From an uncultured Oscillospiraceae bacterium (GTDB taxonomy: Bacteria > Bacillota > Clostridia > Oscillospirales > CAG-382): a DNA stretch of 50,278 nucleotides. Location: assembly GCA_964525815.1 (NCBI GenBank), contig CAZGJQ010000002.1:1-50278 (forward strand), in the 5' to 3' direction. Under the pieces are notes generated by a model, which saw only the letters and a list, made by a program, of their open reading frames with translations, did no database searches and was not told the DNA's origin. Shown in pieces: positions 21,105 to 27,722 of this stretch. Numbering within the stretch: position 1 is the first letter of the stretch; the number at the start of each line of letters is the position of its first letter. The position numbers were made by a program, and so were the translations under genes.

Positions 21105-22623
21105 ATTTAATATCCTCACTGTTTTTGTAGCTCTCCATGAGGAGCCTGCGGTCTGTCTTCCCGCTCTGTGTCAGGGGCATTTTGCTTAAATGGTGTACAC
21201 AGTTCGGCTGCATATATCGTGGCAGCTTGTCCCTTAGCGCTCTTATTACCTGTTTTTCAACGGCCTCGCCCGTATAAAAAAGGATGATTTTTTTATTTAT
21301 ATCGTCAAAGTAGCAGCATGCATTACTTACTCCGTCAATCCAACCGGTAATTGCTTCTATCTCGCTCAGCTCAATACGATAGCCCATATGCTTAATCTGG
21401 TTATCCTTGCGTCCCGCAAAAATCAACTCTCCCCGATCGTTATATCTACCTAAGTCTCCTGTACGGTAAATAATCTCTGGATAGAGCCTATTAAGCGGAT
21501 TCTGCACAAACACCCTGCTTGTTTTTTCAAAATCACGGTAATAGCCCAGCGTCAACGAAGAGCCGCTAATACAAATTTCCCCCAGCTCACCCTGCCTTGG
21601 AATTCTGTCCTTCTCGTCCAGCAGTATGACTTCCGAATTGTTAAACGGCTTACCGATGGGTATTGTCTCATTGTCGCCAAACTCACGGTCCACCTCATAA
21701 TAACAGGACATTCCGGTAGCCTCTGTAGGTCCGTACAGGTTGAAGTATCTTGCTTTGGGTATATATTTTATAAAGACACGTAATTGCTTTGCGGGAAACA
21801 CCTCGCTGCCGAACGCAATAATCCTCAGATGCTCAGGCACTGAGCTGTCAAACGCATTATGCGCCGACAGCAAGGACAGAGCGGAAGCAGCCCAGCATAT
21901 CGTATTGATTTTATTTTTGTTCAGGAATTCTATCAGCCTAAGTGGAAACATAAACAGCTTTTTTGGAATAATGCAAGCGGTTGCCCCCGTTTTCAATGCG
22001 GAATAAACATCCTTTAAGTGCCCGTCCACATACAGCGGTGCCTGATTGCCGAAAACGGTATGGCTGTCAAAGCCCATAACCTCGCACAAATTGTCAATAT
22101 AATCTATAACCGAGCGATGACAGGCGATCACACCCTTGGGAACTCCGGTGGAGCCGGATGTAAGCACGATATACACCGGGTCGGTATCCTTTTGTGCAAT
22201 CCTTACATCATTTAACGTCTTATCATTAATGGATGTTTTTATAATAGCATCAAATTCATAGACCGCACCGTGTTTTTCTGCTTTAAAAATACGCTCCCTG
22301 CTATTGCCGCAAATTACGGCAGGAGAATCAAGGCCGCTCAGTATCTGCCCGATTCTTTGCTCGGGCATATCCACATCAACAGGCACATAATAACAGCCGG
22401 CATATAGCACACCCAAAAAAGCGGCTACTGTATTGGCGCTCTTTTCCATGAATACACAAACAGGCTGCCTTGTATGTCCATTATTCAATAAGAATGTACC
22501 GATAGCTCTTGCTCTTTCATGTAACTGCTTGAATGTCAGCTGCTCTGTCTCATCCGAAAAAGCATTTTTATTCGGGAATCGTTTAACCGTGTACTCCAGG
22601 TATTCCAATAAATTTTTCTGCAT
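21088..22623 (-). CDS. DltA-like stand-alone adenylation enzyme (amino acid--carrier protein ligase)
   Basis: 511 aa with adenylation motifs LTSGSTGVPKGV, NLYGPTEAT, YRTGDLG, GRKDNQIKHMGYRIELSEIE and PLTQSGKTDR. Confidence 0.88.
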   Translation of the reverse strand: MQKNLLEYLEYTVKRFPNKNAFSDETEQLTFKQLHERARAIGTFLLNNGHTRQPVCVFMEKSANTVAAFLGVLYAGCYYVPVDVDMPEQRIGQILSGLDSPAVICGNSRERIFKAEKHGAVYEFDAIIKTSINDKTLNDVRIAQKDTDPVYIVLTSGSTGVPKGVIACHRSVIDYIDNLCEVMGFDSHTVFGNQAPLYVDGHLKDVYSALKTGATACIIPKKLFMFPLRLIEFLNKNKINTICWAASALSLLSAHNAFDSSVPEHLRIIAFGSEVFPAKQLRVFIKYIPKARYFNLYGPTEATGMSCYYEVDREFGDNETIPIGKPFNNSEVILLDEKDRIPRQGELGEICISGSSLTLGYYRDFEKTSRVFVQNPLNRLYPEIIYRTGDLGRYNDRGELIFAGRKDNQIKHMGYRIELSEIEAITGWIDGVSNACCYFDDINKKIILFYTGEAVEKQVIRALRDKLPRYMQPNCVHHLSKMPLTQSGKTDRRLLMESYKNSEDIKYGQTD

Positions 22624-22659
22624 GGCTTCTGCCGATACCTTTCAAAGCGTTAATACTTA

Positions 22660-24273
22660 TCAGTCGGGAGTTCTCGGGTAAAGAGCCTTATCAAAGTCAT
22701 AATAGCCTCTGCCCCTTTCTTTGGATAGCTGTTCAAGCTCCGCATCGGTCATCATAAAGGTATCCTTGAAGTCGATATAACGGCAGCTGTCGAAATGGTA
22801 CCAGCCGTCTCCGCAGTTTATAAGGTTCCAGTAATGGTTAGTGCGTCCGCCCACCCTTGTTACCTTGATATTATCTATACCTGCTCGGGTAAGCAGAACC
22901 TCCGCCACCGAATAGAAGGTGAAGCAGTCCCCTCCTCCCCCCGTAATACCGAGATAGGCTTCCTTCAGCCAGTCGGTAGGCAGGGTATCGCTCTTATATA
23001 TCATATTGTTTCTTATCCATTTATAAATCGCATACGCCTTGTCTCTTTTTGTCATGCCATCAGTGATTATCTCTGAAAGTATCTCGTCCGCAAGCTCAAG
23101 CACTGCCTCCTCGGTAACAGTTTGCTCTATCACCGTAACCTTTATGGTTCTCTCGGAGGTGTTTCCGCTTTTATCTGTAGCCTTATAGGTTACGCTATAA
23201 ACTCCTTCCCTTCTGAGATTCACCTCGCTGCTGTCTATCTCGAGCTGAACTTCAGAGCTGCTGTTATCCGTAACCGATACATTGGTTCTGTAGGAAACGG
23301 TTTGACCTATATAAACAATCCTGTCTACCGCTCCCGTTATCACGGGCGGCTCGTTATCCTGACGAATGAATAACAGGGCCTTCTTTTCGGTCTTGTTTCC
23401 CGAGGAATCCTCAAGGATTACCGCTACCTCCTGCTGCCCTAATCTATTAAAATCGGGATCTTCCTTGTAATAGACTACAACCTCAGAAAAATCCGTTATA
23501 TCGACAACAAAGTCTCCTGCCTTAACGGAATCTCCTAACCATATTTCTCTGTCAATTACGCTGCAACTCGGAGGTGTTGTGTCAACAACCTCAACTGCCA
23601 CCGTAACCCTTTTATCACCAACCCTAAGCTCAACCTCATGAATTCCGGGTGCGGTTATATCAAGTTCGGAAATATCAGATTCAAAGGAAGCGTCATATAA
23701 ATCGTCCAGTAAAAAGTCTTTTGGAGCTATATCAAGCGCCACTCCCGCTTCAACCCTAACGGACTGTTTTATATTCAGAATAAATAAAACCGAATCAAGC
23801 TCTGTCCTGTTGTTCCCCGAATCCTCTAATACTACAGTTACCGCATGCTCGCCCGGTCTGGTGAAATCGGGTAACTCCTTAAATTCTACCCTTACCTCAC
23901 TTGCATCTATAATATTGGTAACAAACTCATCCGCCTCCAGAACCTTCCCCTTTGGAGAAATAACGCTTCTTGCGTCCGCTTGCGGAGGGATTGTGTCCAC
24001 CACTCTTATGGTTGAGCCGTAGATCTTCCCGTCCACCTTAATTTCTATATCGTAATATCCCGGGTTATTAAGGCTAATAGCAGAAATGTCGGTTACAAAA
24101 ACAGCTTCCTTATCATTGCCTGTAAGAAATTCGCTTGCCTGTACAGCCTGCCCTGCTTCAACTGTAACCGAATCCTTAACCACCGAATTAAACTCTTTGT
24201 ATAGTAACACCGCTCCGACCGCTAAAAGCACTATTATTTCCAACAATAAAATGGCTTTGTGAGATTTTTGCAT
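22660..24273 (-). CDS. Membrane-anchored Ig-repeat protein with a C-terminal transglutaminase-like cysteine protease core
   Basis: 537 aa. N-terminal TM (AILLLEIIVLLAVGAVLLY), an A-B-A-B repeat of beta-sandwich-like modules plus one more Ig-like module. Then GGGGDCFTF...NHYWN...WYHFDS, a Cys-His-Asp transglutaminase core. Confidence 0.85.
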   Translation of the reverse strand: MQKSHKAILLLEIIVLLAVGAVLLYKEFNSVVKDSVTVEAGQAVQASEFLTGNDKEAVFVTDISAISLNNPGYYDIEIKVDGKIYGSTIRVVDTIPPQADARSVISPKGKVLEADEFVTNIIDASEVRVEFKELPDFTRPGEHAVTVVLEDSGNNRTELDSVLFILNIKQSVRVEAGVALDIAPKDFLLDDLYDASFESDISELDITAPGIHEVELRVGDKRVTVAVEVVDTTPPSCSVIDREIWLGDSVKAGDFVVDITDFSEVVVYYKEDPDFNRLGQQEVAVILEDSSGNKTEKKALLFIRQDNEPPVITGAVDRIVYIGQTVSYRTNVSVTDNSSSEVQLEIDSSEVNLRREGVYSVTYKATDKSGNTSERTIKVTVIEQTVTEEAVLELADEILSEIITDGMTKRDKAYAIYKWIRNNMIYKSDTLPTDWLKEAYLGITGGGGDCFTFYSVAEVLLTRAGIDNIKVTRVGGRTNHYWNLINCGDGWYHFDSCRYIDFKDTFMMTDAELEQLSKERGRGYYDFDKALYPRTPD

Positions 24274-24300
24274 ATACTAACTTCTCCAATGATAAAAATG

Positions 24301-25398
24301 TCATATCCAGCACTGATCGTCCTTGATGTCCAAAACAAAGACCTTCTCCTGATCCTCCTTATACTTTGCCTGATGATACCTAAATATCATTTTATCATCT
24401 TCCAGCTTTCCGACTATTTCGATCTTACCCCGCTCGTTTGAAAGTACATAACGGAAGCATTTTTCCTGTCCGTTAAGCAGCTTTCTCGCGTCCGAAACAA
24501 TTTTGTATCCTTTTTTAAGGGGTATTTGAAATTGATTTTTTACAGCAGTAACCGGTCTGCATTGGAACACATAGTACGGTACAACTCCGGAGGCAGTCAG
24601 CTTGCTTATAAGCTTTGCCATTACAGACGGGCTGTCATTTACGCCCTTGAGCAGAACCGCCTGATTCTTTACAATTATACCGATGTTCTTCAAGGCGCTT
24701 ATTGCTTTTTTTGCTTCTTTGGTTATTTCTCTCGGATGATTGAACTGTGTTACAACATAGATGGTCTTTTTCTTTGAGTATTCCTGTAATATAGAGAGCA
24801 GCTCGCTGTCCTTATAGATTCTGGAAGGGAGTACGACCGGAGTCCTTGTACCAAACCTAATGAGATTAATATGGTCTATTTCCACAAGCTCCTTGAGGTA
24901 AGACTCGATTTTTTTATTACTGTTCAAAAAGGAATCTCCGCCGCTGATTAGAACATTATTTATCTCCTTGTGCTCCCTTATATAAGCGATAATGTCGTCG
25001 AAGTTCTTGTTAACCTCATCATCGCTTATACCGACCAATCTTTTTCTGAAGCAATGCCTGCAATAAACAGCGCATTTGTTTGTGGACAGAATAAGTGCTG
25101 TTTGCTTGTATTTATGCTGCAACCCCACCGTAACGGTGTTCGACAGCTCACCGCTCGTGTCCATGCTTCCGCTCAAATCGGTTTCCGCAATGCTGGGAAT
25201 GCACATTTTTTTTATTGAATCGTCCTCACTTTCATCGTCAATGAGGGACAGATAATACTTTGAGACAGACATCGGGTACAGCTCGATTATACGATTCAAC
25301 TTTTTTGCCTGCTCATTGGTTAAATCCCAATCAAAGAAATCCTTCAGCTCGTTTCCCGTGGTTACGTTTTCTTCTAATTCCTTCTTCCAATTTATCAC
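24301..25398 (-). CDS. KamA-family radical SAM 2,3-aminomutase (substrate unknown)
   Basis: 365 aa, GTG start after AGAGGTG. Radical SAM cluster CAVYCRHCFRKR, SAM region ISGGDS, YYVFQC block and a PLP-Lys candidate in NERGK. Confidence 0.9.
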   Translation of the reverse strand: MINWKKELEENVTTGNELKDFFDWDLTNEQAKKLNRIIELYPMSVSKYYLSLIDDESEDDSIKKMCIPSIAETDLSGSMDTSGELSNTVTVGLQHKYKQTALILSTNKCAVYCRHCFRKRLVGISDDEVNKNFDDIIAYIREHKEINNVLISGGDSFLNSNKKIESYLKELVEIDHINLIRFGTRTPVVLPSRIYKDSELLSILQEYSKKKTIYVVTQFNHPREITKEAKKAISALKNIGIIVKNQAVLLKGVNDSPSVMAKLISKLTASGVVPYYVFQCRPVTAVKNQFQIPLKKGYKIVSDARKLLNGQEKCFRYVLSNERGKIEIVGKLEDDKMIFRYHQAKYKEDQEKVFVLDIKDDQCWI

Positions 25399-25495
25399 TT
25401 AGCTTCACCTCTCTGATTATTTTACTTTCGTAATATTGATATTTAGCACAAAAAACCGCAGCTATTAGCCAATATAGTAACAAGGCTACCATATT

Positions 25496-25524
25496 ATTAT
25501 AAACAAATAGTATTATGTTGTCAA
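25496..25524 (-). promoter_or_regulatory. Consensus sigma-A promoter TTGACA-17-TATAAT for the KamA/Dlt-like operon
   Basis: On the minus strand: TTGACA (25524-25519), exactly 17 nt, TATAAT (25501-25496). About 90 nt upstream of the KamA GTG. Confidence 0.65.
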
Positions 25525-25560
25525 GTTCAATATACACTGTATGGTCCGGGATATGCTATA

Positions 25561-25587
25561 AGTCCGAAGCGTATGCCGCTCCGGACT
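25561..25587 (-). terminator. Stem-loop after the ABC operon (possible terminator)
   Basis: 11-bp stem with one G-U pair: AGTCCGAAGCG (25561-25571) with CGCTCCGGACT (25577-25587), 5-nt loop. Lies 33 nt after the permease stop and has only a weak U-rich tail. Confidence 0.4.
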
Positions 25588-25619
25588 CTGCGTATTATAT
25601 AGCTGTAAAAAAGCTGAGC

Positions 25620-26693
25620 TTAACCCGTGATACCGCTGCGTTCCACACCCTCTATAAGGGTTCTCTGCGCAAACAGATAGATTATTACCAAAGGTGCAAG
25701 TATCATAAGTCCGCAGGTGTTCCTGATAGCCGCTTCGTAAGTAACCTGAGCGGAATACTGCGTATCCAGTGACGAAGGAATAGAGACAATGTTTGGCAGC
25801 ATCAGATAATTGGTCTTATCTGTAAAGAACAGTCCGGTATAGAAGGTATCAGACCATTGCCATGCAAAGGAAAACATGAATATGGTAACCAGCATGGGTA
25901 AAGACATCGGTATAATTATTCTTATAAATGTCTTGATGATACCAGCTCCGTCAACATATGCCGCCTCCTCAAGCTCATCCGGCACGCCGTTGAAGTATTG
26001 CTTCATTATGTATATAAACAATCCGTTCTTAAATGCAAGACCGGTAAGCGACAATATACCAAGCGGCCAGTATGAGTTGAGCAGGTTCCCAATCGCGGGT
26101 GTTGCCTCGGTTGAGCCGAACAGTGTTTTAATACCTCCGACAATACCCGAGATATCAAAATACCTGAACTTCATAAACATGGAGAGCTGTAATGTATCAT
26201 GCGGGATAATCATTGTAAGAATGACAAACACAAACAGAATGCCCTTAAACCTGAACTTAAACTTTGAAAAACCGTATCCGACTATCGCACAGGTCAGCAT
26301 CTGACATACGCCCGCCATAACAGATAATGTTGTTGAATTAAACAACGCCTGAAAATATCTGTTGTCGTTAATAATCGCCTTGTAGGTATCCAATGTAGGA
26401 TACTTTGGAATCAGCTTAACCGTCTGATCGACAAAGTCCTCCCTGGCCATAAATGAACCCGCTATTTTAGAAATATAGGGAAACAGAATTACATAGGAAA
26501 TACCGATAAGCAATACCAGCCTGAAAATAATCCACACAAGCTTTTTTGCGAAATAAGGGGTCAGATACTTATATCTCAGACGCATTCCGAACGATGTCTT
26601 TTCCTGCGCTTTTATGCGTCTTAACGCTTCTTCTTTTCGCTGGAGCCTTTTCAGCTCCTTTTCCGCTCTTTTGTTAGAAAAAGTTGAATCCAT
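25620..26693 (-). CDS. Carbohydrate-type ABC transporter permease (MalG-like), pair 1
   Basis: 357 aa, EAA loop EEAAYVDGAGIIKTFIRIIIPMSLP, 6 predicted TM segments. Has an unusual ~45-aa charged N-terminal tail. Confidence 0.9.
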   Translation of the reverse strand: MDSTFSNKRAEKELKRLQRKEEALRRIKAQEKTSFGMRLRYKYLTPYFAKKLVWIIFRLVLLIGISYVILFPYISKIAGSFMAREDFVDQTVKLIPKYPTLDTYKAIINDNRYFQALFNSTTLSVMAGVCQMLTCAIVGYGFSKFKFRFKGILFVFVILTMIIPHDTLQLSMFMKFRYFDISGIVGGIKTLFGSTEATPAIGNLLNSYWPLGILSLTGLAFKNGLFIYIMKQYFNGVPDELEEAAYVDGAGIIKTFIRIIIPMSLPMLVTIFMFSFAWQWSDTFYTGLFFTDKTNYLMLPNIVSIPSSLDTQYSAQVTYEAAIRNTCGLMILAPLVIIYLFAQRTLIEGVERSGITG

Positions 26694-26708
26694 AATCCGC
26701 CCCCCCTT

Positions 26709-27719
26709 TTATGTTTCTCGTCTCTGGTAGAACACATAGGCCGACATTATTCCGCCTACAATTAATAGGATTAGTATTACTACCAGGAAGTACATCCATG
26801 ACATTGCAGTGGCTCGAACATTACCTTCCGCAGAACCGCTGTAAATATTCTTGATATAGGTCATAACCGTGTTTGATTTGGATGTAAAGGAGTCGATAAC
26901 GGTATAAATTGAGTTAACCAATATCATCGGGCTGATCATCGGGAAGGTTATCTTCCAGAAGGTCTCCCATGCGGAAGCTCCGTCAATATGACAGGACTCA
27001 TAGATGGCCGGAGATATAGACTGCAAGCCCGCCAGGAATATAAGCATCTGCACACCGGATTTGTTTACAATATTGTAAACGTTGTTAACCATATCCGTTG
27101 CATATGTTACCAGCCCTTCTCCCACCTTCATGCCACCCAGCAGTCTCGCAACATCCATCTGCGTTATTATCTGTGTTCCGGCATTGGCGGCGTCCATACC
27201 GCCGTCGCTTATAGTGGTAACGCTCTCCTGAGCCTGAGCTATGATGTTCTGAAGGTCAATGGTCTCGATAATTCCCGTAGACACTATAACAGGAATGAAG
27301 AATATGGCTCGAAATACTGCTCTTCCCTTCATCTTCTGGTTAAGCATAACCGCCATGAAAAGAGAGAATATAACAATTGCAGGGATGTTAAAGAGAAGAT
27401 CCTTAATGCTTCCTATAAGAACCTGCACATACTCTACATCCTCAAAAAGGGCGTATCTGTAATTTTCCCATCCGACAAATTCAAGAATATAGCCGCCGCC
27501 GCCTTGAATTCGTATCTTATTAAAGGAGAACCAAATCGATTCCACAATCATCGGAAGGTAAACAAGCGCAAACCCTATCAGAAAGGGAGCAATAAAGAGC
27601 CAGCCCATTCTTGATTTTTGCTTTTGCAGGGATAATGATTTACGCTGTTTCCTCGGTCTTTTTGGAACGGAGGGCATATCCTTTGTTGTCACTGCTTTTT
27701 TCTTTATAACCTTACTCAA
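26709..27719 (-). CDS. Carbohydrate-type ABC transporter permease (MalF-like), pair 1
   Basis: 336 aa, EAA loop ESCHIDGASAWETFWKITFPMISP. Has a Lys/Arg-rich N-terminal tail of about 40 aa. Confidence 0.9.
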   Translation of the reverse strand: MSKVIKKKAVTTKDMPSVPKRPRKQRKSLSLQKQKSRMGWLFIAPFLIGFALVYLPMIVESIWFSFNKIRIQGGGGYILEFVGWENYRYALFEDVEYVQVLIGSIKDLLFNIPAIVIFSLFMAVMLNQKMKGRAVFRAIFFIPVIVSTGIIETIDLQNIIAQAQESVTTISDGGMDAANAGTQIITQMDVARLLGGMKVGEGLVTYATDMVNNVYNIVNKSGVQMLIFLAGLQSISPAIYESCHIDGASAWETFWKITFPMISPMILVNSIYTVIDSFTSKSNTVMTYIKNIYSGSAEGNVRATAMSWMYFLVVILILLIVGGIMSAYVFYQRRET

Positions 27720-27722
27720 CTT

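Noticed and set aside
17646-22623. Annotating the adenylase-carrier-MBOAT-DltD-like genes simply as the housekeeping dltABCD operon.
   Set aside because: The gene order, MBOAT size, Cys at the DltD nucleophile position, extra lipoprotein and co-transcription with KamA all differ from canonical dlt. No dlt gene symbols were assigned.
24301-25398. Calling the radical SAM gene lysine 2,3-aminomutase (kamA/ablA).
   Set aside because: The lysine-binding Asp positions appear substituted (Arg, and Ser/Asn), and the C-terminal zinc-site region is missing. Only a family-level call is justified.
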